A DNA stretch of 63,783 bases, the filler included, from Octopus bimaculoides (lineage: Eukaryota): NCBI RefSeq assembly GCF_001194135.2. It is 7 parts of 5 records of this genome, joined end to end, with 100 filler letters (N's around TTAATTAATTAA, not from the genome) between each part and the next. Parts side by side here need not be neighbours in the genome. Positions count along the whole stretch, not along the records: positions 1 to 24,962 come from NC_068985.1; positions 25,063 to 36,562 come from NC_068985.1; 5 more parts are not named here. One strand, given 5' to 3'. Every line of letters begins with the position of its first letter. The stretch's first letter is position 1. This document shows positions 13,594 to 26,817 of the stretch, one piece after another. The translations under genes and the position numbers were made by a program. A model generated the notes under the pieces. It saw nothing but the letters and a program-made list of their open reading frames with translations, had not been told where the DNA came from and ran no database searches.

Positions 13594-13835
13594 GCGGTGA
13601 GCTGGCAGAAATGTTAGCACGCCGGGCGAAATGCTTAGCAGTATTTTGTCTGCCTTTACGTTCTGAGTTCAAATTCCGCCGAGGTCAACTTAGCCTTTCA
13701 TCCTTTCGGGGTCGATAAATTAAGTACTAGTTACGTACTGGGGTCGATGTAATCGACTTAATCCCTTTGTCTGTCCTTGTTTGCTTGTTTGTCCCCTCTA
13801 TGTTTAGCCCCTTGTGGGTAATAAAGAAATAAGAA
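13594..13835 (+). mobile_element. SINE family C with alternative 3' tail
   Basis: Near-consensus, CpG-rich family C head and body, followed by aatccctttgtctgtccttgtttg...gggtaataaagaaataag instead of the usual tail. Confidence 0.8.
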
Positions 13836-13917
13836 ATGGGAGAAATCTCCATTTATTTCTTAAAGAATATACAAAAACCATTTAGGAACAACAGCTTTAT
13901 ATATATATATATATATA

Positions 13918-14150
13918 TATGTGGCCGTTGCCAGTTCCGCCTGACTGGCCTTCGTGCGGGTGACACATAAAAGCACCCACTACAATCTCTGAGTGGTTGG
14001 CGTTAGGAAGGGCATCCAGCTGTAGAAACTCTGCCAAATCAGATTGGAGCCCGGTGTTGCCATCCGGTTTCAGCAGTCCTCAGTCAAATCGTCCAACCCA
14101 TGCTAGCATGGAAAGCGGACATTAAACGATGATGATGATGATGATGATGA
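13918..14150 (+). mobile_element. RTE LINE 3' UTR copy with (GAT)n tail
   Basis: gcgttaggaagggcatccagctgtagaaactctgcc...ggaaagcggacattaaac(gat)n. An older tandem copy follows at about 14255-14468. Confidence 0.8.
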
Positions 14151-14989
14151 TATATATAACATGAATGCATAACCAAATTCAAACATTGGAAGGCCTTCTA
14201 CAATGAGGAAGGAATTATAACCAAGATAGGCGATGCTGTGTTAACACATCCATGCTAGTTCTGTGTAAATGCACATGTGATGGTGACATGTAAAAAACAC
14301 CCAGCACACTCTGTTAAGTGGTTGGTGTTAGGAAGGGCATCCAACTATAGAAACCATGCCACAACAGATAGTTGTAATCTGGACAGCTCCCTGCTAGCCA
14401 GCTCTGTGTCAAGCCGTCCAACCCATATCAGCATGGAGACTGGACATTAAACAATGATGATGATGATGACACTTGCAGACAATAAGTCATCATCAGCATC
14501 GTCATCATTTAACTTCCACTTTTCCATGCTTGCATGTGTCAGGTGGAATTTGTTGATGCAGATTCTCTATAACTGGATTCCTTTCTTATCACCAACCTTC
14601 TTTTGTTTTCCTTCTTTTAACTTTTTTTTTACAGAAGACTGGAAACAAAACAAACTTATTCGTGTAATGATGCTAATATACAACCATCATGTGATGTCTA
14701 GACAAGGATACACGCAAACACACAGATCACAATATAATTTGATGGTTGTAAATTATCATCATCACACAAGTAACACAAGTGCATTTTGCACCAAAAACCA
14801 ATATGAAGGTTTCTCATATGGTAACAAACGCAGTATTATAATAATAATGAAATTATTGTGTATAGTGCTCAGGTGCACTATAACTAATCAAAGGTGCATG
14901 TATAGTACATAGAACTATGTACAAAAGTCAGAAAAGTGAACAATGTATGAGTCATGATATACATGTGTGCATGCGTATGGATATCAGGT

Positions 14990-15470
14990 GTGGTGTTTGT
15001 GAATTTTGAGAAGCATGGAGGTTTTAAAGGATGCAATGTCTCGGCAACTAAGAACTGATGCAGGTAGTTTGTTCCATGCTTCAGCAACTCTGAGTGTGAA
15101 AAAATGTTTCCGAAAGTCATCAGAGCTGTGTTGTTAGACACATGGAGCTTAAAAAGGTGCTCAAGGTGGTTGTTGGCATGATGGTTAATAATTTTGTGGG
15201 TGTTTACCAAGTTAATTTACAGATGTCAGAGCTTCAATGTATCTATGTCCAGAGTATGGTAGATACCTCATGGAGAGTATTCACTTGGTTACACATTTCT
15301 GAACAGTTTCCAGGAGGTCAATGTCCTGAGCAAGATAGGGGTTCCAGACTGGTGATGCAAATTCCAAGTGTGGCCGCATCATAGCCATATACAACCTTAA
15401 ATAGATAGCTGGAGAGCAGCTGACAAAGGTCTTGCTGAGTGACGTATTGTTTGTTCTTACAGAACATCTA
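14990..15470 (-). mobile_element. CR1-clade LINE RT C-terminal remnant
   Basis: Minus-strand translation MMRPHLEFASPVWNPYLAQDIDLLETVQK...FRKHFFTLRVAEAWNKLPASV carries the characteristic CR1 motifs RPHLE(Y/F) and WNxLP. Confidence 0.9.
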
Positions 15471-15490
15471 TGTTTAAGCAGGAATAAATA

Positions 15491-15532
<42 letters not shown>

Positions 15533-15894
15533 TTAGATTTTTCTTACGAAAGATACAGACCACATAGAAGTGTTCAAGTCAGACCTGAGATGTTAGACAA
15601 GTATAATAAAGGGAATGGAGAAAGTTCAAATCAGGCAAACTACAATGAACAGATATGTACACGGATTTAATTAAGATAAATATAGTCCAAAGAACATATA
15701 TTGATATATTAAAAATACATATAAAAGTATATGAATATTAAAAATATAAATGGACATAAATATATGAATGCACAAACATAGTAGAAATATAATGAAGTAT
15801 AGGACTATAGATAAAAGCGTTTTTTTTTTTCTTAAAAAAGGGTTAGAAATACAATGAAGAGAAAATAATAGGTGTCAAGAAAAGTTTTAGGTTA

Positions 15895-16330
15895 TATTCT
15901 TTTATTTCAATCATTTGACAGCGGCCATGCTGGAGCACCGCTTTTAGTTGAAAAATTTGACCCCAGGACTTATTCTTTGTAAGCCTAGTACTTATCCTAT
16001 CGGTTTCTTTTGCCAAACTGCTAAGTTACGGGGATGTAAACACACTGGCATCGGTTGTCAAGCGATGGTGGAGGGGACAAACACAGACGCACACACACAC
16101 ACACATATACAATGGGTTTCTTTCAGTTTCCGTCTACCAAATTCACTCACAAGGCTTTGGTCGGCCCGAGGTTATAGTAGAAGACACTTGCCCAAGGTGC
16201 CACACNNNNNNNNNNCAAGGCTTTGGTCGGCCCGAGGTTATAGTAGAAGACACTTGCCCAAGGTGCCACACAGTGGGACTGAACCCAGAACCATGTGATT
16301 GGTAAGCAAGCTACTTAGCACACAGCCATA
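15895..16330 (-). mobile_element. SINE family A, minus strand
   Basis: Reverse complement of family A. A second degraded copy is adjacent at about 16330-16625. Confidence 0.8.
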
Positions 16331-17177
16331 TTCTTTTATTCTTTTACTTGTTTCAGTCGCTTAACCGCAGCCATACTGGAGCATTGCCTTGAAGGGTTTT
16401 AGTTGAACAAATCGACCCCAGGATTTATCTTTTTAAGCCTAGTACTTTTTATCAGTCACTCTGCCGAACTGCTAAGTTAACATAACACGTTTCTTTCAGC
16501 TTCAATCTACCAGATCCACTCTCAAGGCTTTATAGTTGGTGGCCAGGGACTATTGTAGAAGACACTTGGTTGAGGTTCCACACAGTAGAACTGAACCTGA
16601 AATCATGTGGATGAGAAGCATGCCTGCACACACACACACATATACACACATACTTTGTGTTTGTGTGTGTATATGTAACCACCGATGGCAGATGTACATA
16701 AAAATTTAAGTTCCGTGTATACAAGTGTAATACATTTTAGCAACTGTAAGTATATGGATGGCAGTAAACATTCTGTTGCATGTGTGTATATGTATGAATG
16801 TTTGTCTACATTTACTGCTGTACATCTTGATATACAACACATACACATATATTTTCTTATATTTGTTTTCCTCTCAAAGCTACTTTCTATCTTTCAGTTA
16901 TTTTTTTGAACCTGACTGTTTTCAATTTCCTCGTTAAAGATATCCTAAGTGATACGACACAGCTAGCTAGCTAACTGAAACAGTATTGCCAATACGAGAT
17001 CAATGTGCACATCAGATGATTTCAAAACAGCTTACACTTATCAGTCAGTGCCTGCTAGAATTTACCAAAGTCAGTATCACAGCCTCAATCTCTTATCACC
17101 CTGCACAACCACCTGCTGTTGCTCCCTGCTACAGTATAATTACAAATTCTTTACAGATAACAAATATTTAAAAAGGG

Positions 17178-17221
<44 letters not shown>

Positions 17222-17690
17222 GATGATAATAATAATAAATAAAAATAATATAGATTATATTTCTAGATGTTATTGATACCAGCTTTTTTGATGGTGTAGT
17301 TGGACTCTTCCAATAGGATTTTGTTAAAATAACCAAAGGGAAATAACTGAAATGGACCAATAGCATGAATTGGAATAACTTACAGAGATATACTGAATGA
17401 TGTATATAAAAAAAAAATTCTTATATAAAATTGCCTTCTTAGTTGGCAAAAGAAAACAAAACTTAGTGGCGATATGGCATTAAACATGGAAGTCCTTAAC
17501 TGAATTCTCATTGTTGTCATGGCTATGTGACACTAGAATTGCATCTTGTCATTGTTATTGTAGCTATGTGACATTAGAACTGTGTTTGTTGTTTTTGTAG
17601 TGTTTTTTACTGTAGCCCTGGGCTGACAAATGACTTGTAAGTGAATTTGGTAGACAAACTGTGTGGAAGCCCATTTTATATATATACATA

Positions 17691-17923
17691 CAGGGTGGCC
17701 TAAAAGTAGGTTTACAGTTATTTAACTATCCCTTTTGCATTCATATATTAACAGTTTAGATCTTAATTATAAAAAAATATGAAACCATTATTATATGTTC
17801 ATTTAGTTAATTTTGTCAAGCTCCCTTCTCACTTTATAAGATAGAAATTTAAATGTAAAAATGTTTTAAAAGAAATTTAAAGTGCCTATGTGATAATGGT
17901 AAACCTACTTTTGGACCACCCTG
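17691..17923. mobile_element. Tc1/mariner-type MITE
   Basis: 25-bp TIRs cagggtggcctaaaagtaggtttac / gtaaacctacttttggaccaccctg (2 mismatches), TA on both sides (17689-90, 17924-25), AT-rich non-coding interior. Confidence 0.9.
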
Positions 17924-18756
17924 TATATAGATATACATGTACAAAATGGGCTAATTATNNNNNNNNNNNNNNNNNNNNNNNNNNNNNNNNNNNNNNNNNN
18001 NNNNNNNNNNNNNNNNATATATATATATGTAACTTTATCAATAATTGGCAGAAGTCACAGAGTGACATACTCTGTGTCTTCTGTTGATTATGAATAGAAA
18101 TATATGTACTTATGATCTGAGTTCTATTTTTCCTATTTGCATCACCAAATCCATCATCATCATCATTAACATCCGTTTTCCATGTTGGCATGGGTTGGAT
18201 GGTTTGACTGAGGACTGGCAAGCCAGTAGGCTGTACCAGGCTCCAATCTGATCTGGCAAGGTTTCTACAGCTAGAAGCATCTTTGAACTTGTCAAAAAGC
18301 CATTCACTGGATTTTGTCATGGAGAAAATTTCTCACTGTAGATAAATACATCAAGTCAGCTAACAGCATCCCCTAACCAGACATTTGGATGCCTGCAATT
18401 CAGAGTGATTATCTTTTCTTCAGCAACAAAGATTGAAAAGGCAGATGCTGCAAACTGACATGAGAGACAGGTCTCTCTCATGGTATTTCTGTCATCGTTC
18501 AATGACTGGTAGCACTATTCAGCAGGTTACTGTAAATAAAATACAGAGTGACAGGGCCAAACTGTGATGTGTATAACTCCAGATTTGTCACCAAATATAC
18601 AAGTGAGTGTCTGTGTCTGTATTTGTCCCCTTCACCATTAGACAACTGATGTTGGTTTGTTTATGTCTCTCATTACTAAGCAGCTCAGCAAAAAAGAGAT
18701 TGTTAGAATAAAACCAATATTATAAAATGTACTGGGCTTGATTTGTTTGTCTAAAC

Positions 18757-19677
18757 CGGAGTTTTCAACCATTTTTTGCTTGTGGACCCCTTTGATTAAA
18801 ATTTTACTTAGGTGGATCCTCATAGCTATTTGATGTTTAAAAAATCCTATTATATTTTTATAAATCAATATTATTAAGAATTATGAAGATGTGGGATGAA
18901 GCAGTGAAAAGGGATCTTCAGACACTGGGCCTCATTGAGGAAATGACAAGGGAATGGGAGATGTAGTGATTTGCCGTACTTGATAAGACATGTCAAGCTA
19001 AGTAAAATTGCTGCCTTCCACACATACAAGCTTGTCCTTCAAGATGCTGGTGCCACTTAAAAAGCATCAATGCTGGTGCTGCGTTAATACACCCGTGCCT
19101 ATGCTGCATAAAACACCCATGGTGGTGGCATGTAAAGGGCACCTGTGCCAGTGCTGTGTTAATGCACCCATACTGGTGCAGCATAAATGCACCTGTGCCA
19201 GTAGTACATAAGCACCTGTGCCAGTGACATGTAAGAAGCATCAGTGCCAGTGGCACGTAAAGAGCACCTGTGCCAGTGCTGCATTAATGCACCTGTGCTG
19301 GTGCTGCATAAATGCACCTGTGCCAGTGGTACATAAAAAGCACCCATGCCAGTGCTCTGTTAACACGCCCATGATGGTGCTGCATAAATGCACCCATGCC
19401 AGTGGCACACAAAAAACACCCAGCATTCTCTGTTAAGTGGTTGGCAATAGGAAGGGCATCCAGCTGTAGAAACCATGCCACAAGAGAGTGTTGGAGTTCG
19501 GACAGCTCCCTGCTAGCCAGCTCTGTATCAAACAGTCCAACCCAAGCCAGCATGGAAAGTGGACGTTAAATGATGATGATGATGAGAATATTGAGCAGTT
19601 TATTGCACATAAATTTCAACAACAAAATCTTACATGGTCTCCCCAAAGGCCATATGGACCCCGGTCGAGAACCACTG
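18757..19677. mobile_element. hAT (Charlie-like) MITE interrupted by an RTE insertion
   Basis: Ends cggagttttcaacc / ggtcgagaaccactg; 8-bp TSD-like flanks gtctaaac / gactaaat (6/8). Similar to the uninterrupted copy at 46765-47179. Confidence 0.75.
18886..19586 (+). mobile_element. 5'-truncated RTE LINE with expanded 3' UTR minisatellite
   Basis: KMWDEAVKRDLQTLGLIEEMTREWEM**FAVLDKTCQAK, then about 15 tandem 23-26-bp units, the family 3' UTR and (GAT)n. Confidence 0.85.
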
Positions 19678-20554
19678 GACTAAATCCTGTGTTGTAGCAA
19701 TCCAGCATGGCCACCACCCATTGGCTGAAATGAAGGATAAAAAAGAAGCCTGCCCACACATGGGCAGATGAATGGTCATCCTGCTCTTTTTAAAACCCTT
19801 ACATATTGCTATCAGGTTAAACAACCACATCATGGAAACACTCCAGTTATTCTAAATAATGGTGGTGGAACTATTTTATACGAAAACTCAATAAAACCTG
19901 TTCATGAATTTACAATTGTTTATTTTATTATATTGTTTTTGTTTGTTTTGTGTTTGTATTGTTATTCTTTCTATTTTTAGCAATTTTGTGAAAGAAATTT
20001 CATTTTTTTTTTCCTTCCTCTTCTTTTTATCAATTCTGGCCACCGTCTGTCTAGTGGCTAATTGTTGGCGTTTAGCATCAAGCCAAACCTGACTGAGAAA
20101 ATCCATAACCAGAAGCATTCCAGTTATGCACAAGAAAGTCAGGGCTGCTTTATGCAGTAAGTGTTTTTTTTTATCCAAGATGGTGAGAGTGAAACTTGAT
20201 GGAGATTTGGCTGCTATTTCTTGTATGTTAAGTGATCACATAGAAACTCCCTTGTCAGCTTATCTAGAGGCAACTAGTGTCAGCTGGTGGTGGTGAGTGG
20301 CAAGGAGTGAATGGTAGTGGTAGCTAGAGATGATGATAATGATGAGAGAGAGAAAGAGAGAAAATGAAAGAGTTCTGTGCAACAGTGTAAATAAACGAGC
20401 CTATAGTGTGTAGTGGCAAAACTTGTTGATGAAACTGGTTTCAATGTGATGTAGTACCATACAAATTTGTTTTACCTACTTTGCTTTCCTGTTTTTTTTT
20501 ATTTTTTATTTTTAACCTCTTTTTCATTTTATCTTTTAACATTGGACTGTGGCC

Positions 20555-20830
20555 ATGCTGGGACACTGCACCTGTGCCCAACGTCTCCTTCCTGGCACTT
20601 GTGCCGGTGGCACGTGTAAAGACATTCGAGCGAGATCGTTGCCAGTGCCGCTGGACTGGCTCCTGTGCAGGTGGCACGTAAAATACACCATCTTGGGCGT
20701 GGCTGTTGCCAGTACCGCCTGACTGGCCTTCGTGCCGGTGGCACGTAAAAGCACCCACTACACTCTCAGAGTGGTCGGCGTTAGGAAGGGCATCCAGCTG
20801 TAGAAACTCTGCCAAATCAGATTGGAGCCT
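20555..20830 (+). mobile_element. RTE LINE 3' UTR copy (young)
   Basis: Three gtgc(c/a)ggtggcacgt motifs followed by gcgttaggaagggcatccagctgtagaaactctgcc. Confidence 0.8.
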
Positions 20831-21139
20831 GTGCCTATTTTATTTTAAACTATTCTTAATCTGAAGACTAATTGAATAAACCTTTAACAAAAAAAAAGGG
20901 GGGTTCAGTTTCTTTACTGTCAAGCTGCTAAATAATGAGAATGTAAACAAACCAGCATTGGTTATCAAGTGGTGGGAGGTGACAAACACACCACAAAGAC
21001 ACACTAATATATATGGTAACAAGTTTGTATTTCCTACACATCACTGTTTAGCACTGTCACTACTTACCTACCTATATACCTACATACATACATGCATACA
21101 GACAGAGAAACAGCAATGACAGAATTTAAATCATGAGTA

Positions 21140-21542
21140 TTTCTTTTATTTTATTTGTTTCAATCATTTGACTGTGGCCATGCTGGAGCACCACCTTGAA
21201 GGGTTTTAATCGAACAAATTGACCCCAGGACTTAAATTCTTTTTTTTAAAAGCCTTGTACTTATTCTATTGGTCTCTCTTGCCGAACTGCTAAGTTACAG
21301 TGATGTAAACGCACAAACATCGACTGCCAAGTGGTGATGGGGTGATGGGGACAAAAACAAAGACACACACACACACACACACACACAAAAGGCTTCTTTC
21401 AGTTTCTGCCTACCAAATGCACTCACAAGGCTTTGGTCGGCCCGAGGCTATAGTAGAAGACACTTGCCCAAGGTGCCAAGCAATGGTACTGAACCTGGAA
21501 CCATGTGGTTGGGAAGTAAGCTTCTTATCATACAGCCACACC
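21140..21542 (-). mobile_element. SINE family A, minus strand
   Basis: Reverse complement of family A with internal (CA)n. Confidence 0.85.
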
Positions 21543-21612
21543 TGAATAGGAGAATGTTATGTCTCTGTTACAAGGATCAATGGACAAATGAATGGGTGTT
21601 ACAACAAGTAGT

Positions 21613-21955
21613 GAAAGTGCATAGCTCAGTGGTTAGAGCATTGGGCTCACAATCATGAGGTAGTGAGTTTGATTACTGGACTAGACTTTGTGTTGTGTTC
21701 TTGAGCAAGACACTTTATTTCACATTGGTCCAGTTCATTCAGCTGTAGAAATGAGTTGCAACGTCACTGATGCCAAGCTGTATTGGCCTTTGCCTTTCTC
21801 CTGGATAACATCAGTGGCATGGAGAGTGGGGAGACTGGTATGCATGGGTGACTTCCATAAACAACCTTGCTCAGACTTCTGACTCAGAGGGTAACTTTCT
21901 AGGTGCAATCCTATGGTCATTCATGACCAAAGGGTGTCTTTACCCTTTTTTACTA
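21613..21955 (+). mobile_element. tRNA-derived SINE (family E)
   Basis: tRNA-like head gcatagctcagtggttagagcattgggctcacaatcatgaggtagtgagtttgattac, then tgtgttgtgttcttgagcaagacacttt...cagctgtagaaatgagt. Related pieces at about 25210-25360 (-), 25425-25560 (+) and 56820-56945 (+). Confidence 0.75.
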
Positions 21956-22664
21956 CAAGTAGGTGAAAGAGAAAAACACCTGAACATGGTGAAAAAAACA
22001 AAAGCTTTACCAATCACATGGTTCTGGGTTCAGTTTCACTTCATGGCATCTTGGGCAAGGGCAAGTGTCTTCTACTATAACCTTGGGCCAATCAAAGCCT
22101 TGTGAGTAGATTGTCTTCTACTATAGTCTCAGGCCGACCAAAACCTTGTGAATGGATTTGGTNNNNNNNNNNNNNNNNNNNNNNNNNNNNNNNNNNNNNN
22201 NNNNNNNNNNNNNNNNNNNNNNNNNNNNNNNNNNNNNNNNNNNNNNNNNNNNNNNNNNNNNNNNNNNNNNNNNNNNNNNNNNNNNNNNNNNNNNNNNNNN
22301 NNNNNNNNNNNNNNNNNNNNNNNNNNNNNNNNNNNNNNNNNNNNNNNNNNNNNNNNNNNNNNNNNNNNNNNNNNNNNNNNNNNNNNNNNNNNNNNNNNNN
22401 NNNNNNNNNNNNNNNNNNNNNNNNNNNNNNNNNNNNNNNNNNNNNNNNNNNNNNNNNNNNNNNNNNNNNNNNNNNNNNNNNNNNNNNNNNNNNNNNNNNN
22501 NNNNNNNNNNNNNNNNNNNNNNNNNNNNNNNNNNNNNNNNNNNNNNNNNNNNNNNNNNNNNNNNNNNNNNNNNNNNNNNNNNNNNNNNNNNNNNNNNNNN
22601 NNNNNNNNNNNNNNNNNNNGTGGCCACAGTCAAATGACTGAAACAAGTAAAGGAATAAAAGAAC

Positions 22665-22870
22665 ATTCAAAGAGGCAGAGGTTTGGGAAACATTATTATA
22701 GAAGGAAGAGCAGAGGGTAGTAGATCAAGAGGTAGGCAAAGAATGCAATGAATGGACAATATCAAGAGCTGGTTGAACAAGAGTAGAAGGGCAGGTGGAG
22801 AACTAGTGTTTAATTGGGAAGACTTTTTGTTGTAGTGTCATCAATGCACTACAGGCATACGATATACTTC
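22665..22870 (+). mobile_element. RTE-type LINE 3' end remnant (second subfamily)
   Basis: IIIEGRAEGSRSRGRQRMQ*MDNIKSWL, resembling the RTE motif EGKxEGxRxRGRQRxxWxDNIK. Confidence 0.7.
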
Positions 22871-23387
22871 TCCGCCTCCTCGTTCTGTGTTATAAAACAC
22901 TGAGGTATATGACCAGCTTAATATTCCTTCTATGCTGTCAACACAGCTTGGAGTATAGTGAACTAGAGATAACATAGCAACAGTAACGACAACATTTATA
23001 AATACATACTATATTTGTTATCAAAAAAAATATTCTGGTTTTCTTTTTCCTAACAAGATCAGAGAATGGTGACAGACAGCTTGGAATCTTGTCTACAGAA
23101 CTGAACAGATTATTGGTCTCATGTATTTTATGTGAGAGCTAAGGGTTAACGAGAAGAAATGCGTGGAGGAATAAATAGGTGGAGGAAGGGTGGGGTTGGG
23201 AGAAAGTGAAGGAAAATACACCTTGGCATAATTAAAAAGCAATTCCATTACCACAATATTATTTTGTATACATATGCATGCATACATACTCATTTGTATA
23301 CATACACATACATATGTATGTGTGTATGTGCATATACATGTTTACATGTATGTATATGAATTTATATGCAATATATCTATCTATCTA

Positions 23388-23428
<41 letters not shown>

Positions 23429-24135
23429 NNNNNNNNNNNNNNNNNNNNNNNNNNNNNNNNNNNNNNNNNNNNNNNNNNNNNNNNNNNNNNNNNNNNNNNN
23501 NNNNNNNNNNNNNNNNNNNNNNNNNNNNNNNNNNNNNNNNNNNNNNNNNNNNNNNNNNNNNNNNNNNNNNNNNNNNNNNNNNNNNNNNNNNNNNNNNNNN
23601 NNNNNNNNNNNNNNNNNNNNNNNNNNNNNNNNNNNNNNNNNNNNNNNNNNNNNNNNNNNNNNNNNNNNNNNNNNNNNNNNNNNNNNNNNNNNNNNNNNNN
23701 NNNNNNNNNNNNNNNNNNNNNNNNNNNNNNNNNNNNNNNNNNNNNNNNNNNNNNNNNNNNNNNNNNNNNNNNNNNNNNNNNNNNNNNNNNNNNNNNNNNN
23801 NNNNNNNNNNNNNNNNNNNNNNNNNNNNNNNNNNNNNNNNNNNNNNNNNNNNNNNNNNNNNNNNNNNNNNNNNNNNNNNNNNNNNNNNNNNNNNNNNNNN
23901 NNNNNNNNNNNNNNNNNNNNNNNNNNNNNNNNNNNNNNNNNNNNNNNNNNNNNNNNNNNNNNNNNNNNNNNNNNNNNNNNNNNNNNNNNNNNNNNNNNNN
24001 NNNNNNNNNNNNNNNNNNNNNNNNNNNNNNNNNNNNNNNNNNNNTATATATCTACATATAATGGTAAAGTCATGTCTGTATATTTTGCCAAATAAAAAAG
24101 AAATGTGTATGCATGCACATGTGTGTGTGCATGCG

Positions 24136-24167
<32 letters not shown>

Positions 24168-24263
24168 TACATGTATGTATATATATATGTATATACATGT
24201 ATGTATATATATATATGTATATACATGTATGTATATACATATATGTATATAAATGTATATATA

Positions 24264-24348
<85 letters not shown>

Positions 24349-24929
24349 TATCATCATTTTATACCTGATCTTTTTCCCATGCTGGCAAGGGATGATCAGG
24401 TCTCACAACACCTTACCACTAGTCATGCTTCTTTAGCATCTGGCACACACACAATAACAGAGAGAATTGCCAAGCTTTGTTAATGTTTTCTTTCATACAT
24501 ATGTGTGTGCACGCGTGCACACACACACACACACACAATCATGATGATGATGATGATGATTCAACATCAATATTCCATGCTGGTAAGAGTTGGGTGGTTT
24601 GGCAGGATCCGATGGGTCTAAGGACTGCATCACACTCCAATGTCTTCTTTGGCAAGGTTCCCACAGCTGGATACCCTTCCTTCTCTTAATGCTAACCAAT
24701 TTACAACATGTGTGAATGTGTGTGTGTGTGTGTATATCTATCTATAGCTATCTATACCTGTCTGTCTGTCAGACACACACATATTCCAGGGTATGGCACG
24801 TACAAACAGTTTTGTATATACAGATTTACTAATATTTAACAGAAGCAGCAGAGTGGCTCAAGGGCCAAGAGTTTAATGCATTGGCACTTACCAAACCATA
24901 CCTGTTCTTTGCACCTATATCTTGCATCA

Positions 24930-24962
<33 letters not shown>

Positions 24963-25062
24963 NNNNNNNNNNNNNNNNNNNNNNNNNNNNNNNNNNNNNN
25001 NNNNNNTTAATTAATTAANNNNNNNNNNNNNNNNNNNNNNNNNNNNNNNNNNNNNNNNNNNN

Positions 25063-25157
<95 letters not shown>

Positions 25158-26394
25158 AAGCTAAGCCTGGTTTCCCAGATTCAGTGGCACCTTGAGCAAT
25201 CCATCACAGCATTACACATTTTTGCTAGCTGTGTGGACTGGAGTGACATGAAGTGAAATATTTTGCTCAACAACACAACACATTGTACAGTACAGGGATT
25301 GAAACTAATCTTGCTACCATGAGTACAGCACTCTTAACCACCGAAGTATGCACCCCCACCCGACACAAACACACACACACACACATGTAAGCATGTGCAT
25401 GCACGCACATGTGTGTCTGCATAAGGTGCATGGCTCTGTGATTAAGCAACTGGGCTGTCAATCATAAGGTTGTGGGTTTGATTCCTAGATCAGGAGGTTC
25501 ATTATTCCTTAGGTAAGGCAAGCTGCTTCTTGTTGCTGCAACACTCTCAAGCAGAAAATATGAGTATTAAGACTGATAGTGCATGTGGTCAGTACCCCAA
25601 GTTAGCTAGGCAACATTAATAAATGAGTGGTATTATGAAAAACCTTCAGCCACAAAAGGGGAGACATCCAAGAAAGGGCTACTATATCCTATCCTTATAA
25701 ACACACACACACATCTGTATGTGTTTTGTATGTATTTGGATTTGTGTGTGTGCAAGTGTGTGTTTGTGTGTGTGCATGTATGTGTGTGTGTGTGTGTATG
25801 TGTGTGTGTGTGTGGTGCTGTTTATATGAAGTCTACTAAATTACACATACTCTGTTGTCACTCTGTCTGTCAGACATGCAGTGAACTAGTGACTGACTCG
25901 TTGGAAACCTGTAACCAATGATGATATTAATTTTAAAGTTTGGCGCAAGGCCAGCTATTTCATGGCAGGGAGATAAGTCAATTACATTAACTCCTGTGTT
26001 CAACTGGTACCTATTTCATCTTCTGCAAAAGGATAAAAGGCAAAATCAACCTGAATGGCATCTGAACTCATAATGTAAAGACGGACGAAATGCCACTTAG
26101 TATTTTGCCCAGCATGGTAACGATTCTCCTAGCTCATTCAAATTATAACCAATGATGATATTAATGATAACTTGCGAAAGATGCTAAATTAAAATAAAAA
26201 GAAATTAAATAATCCAATTAACAATATATAGGAATGGCTCATAACTGTAAAGAGTAAAACATCAAGGAGAATTTGTGATATCATTAATTTTGATTGCTGA
26301 GACGTATGACAAAAATTTGTTGTTTGAGATTAAGGTCTTTGACTGGATTCCATAATCCAGATTTTACAGCAGCAAGAGTGTTTATCATCATCAT

Positions 26395-26470
26395 CATGAC
26401 CACGACCATGACCACGACCACCACCACCACCACGATGACCACCACCACCACCACCACCACCACCATCGCG

Positions 26471-26502
<32 letters not shown>
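26395..26502. repeat. Compound (ACC)n/(ATC)n trinucleotide repeat
   Basis: Directly visible; forms the tail region of the adjacent minus-strand retroelement 3' end (about 26500-26720). Confidence 0.85.
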
Positions 26503-26743
26503 TTAATGACCACTTTCCATGCTCTCATGGGTTGGATGGAATTTGTTGCGGTGTATTTTCTACAGGCTGATTTTCTTCTTTTCACCAACTCTCACCTGTT
26601 TCCAAGTAAGGTAGTAATTCTCCAAGACCAGACATGTTTTGAAAGATTGGAAATGAAGGATACCACTTGCATGATGGTGATACTTGCTTACAACTCTCAT
26701 GAGATGTCAAGGCAAGGAAACAATAACATACACATATGTGTCA

Positions 26744-26774
<31 letters not shown>

Positions 26775-26775
26775 A

Positions 26776-26806
<31 letters not shown>

Positions 26807-26817
26807 TACATATACAG

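Noticed and set aside
19045-19410. CRISPR-like appearance of palindromic short repeats (also 47584-47695)
   Set aside because: There are no unique spacers or cas genes, the context is eukaryotic, and the arrays lie inside retroelements.
20078-20158. 81-bp plus-strand phase-2 exon candidate ending at GTAAGT
   Set aside because: It lies within a copy of the interspersed repeat seen at 2785 and 42815.
21613-21690. Possible tRNA gene
   Set aside because: The B-box is degenerate and the sequence continues into a repeated SINE body; it is a SINE head.
24963-25062. TTAATTAATTAA flanked by N runs (also at 36607, 44071, 49016, 55734 and 61994)
   Set aside because: An identical 12-mer with stops in all frames inside a 100-bp N spacer (44+12+44 where counted) is an assembly join marker, not biology.
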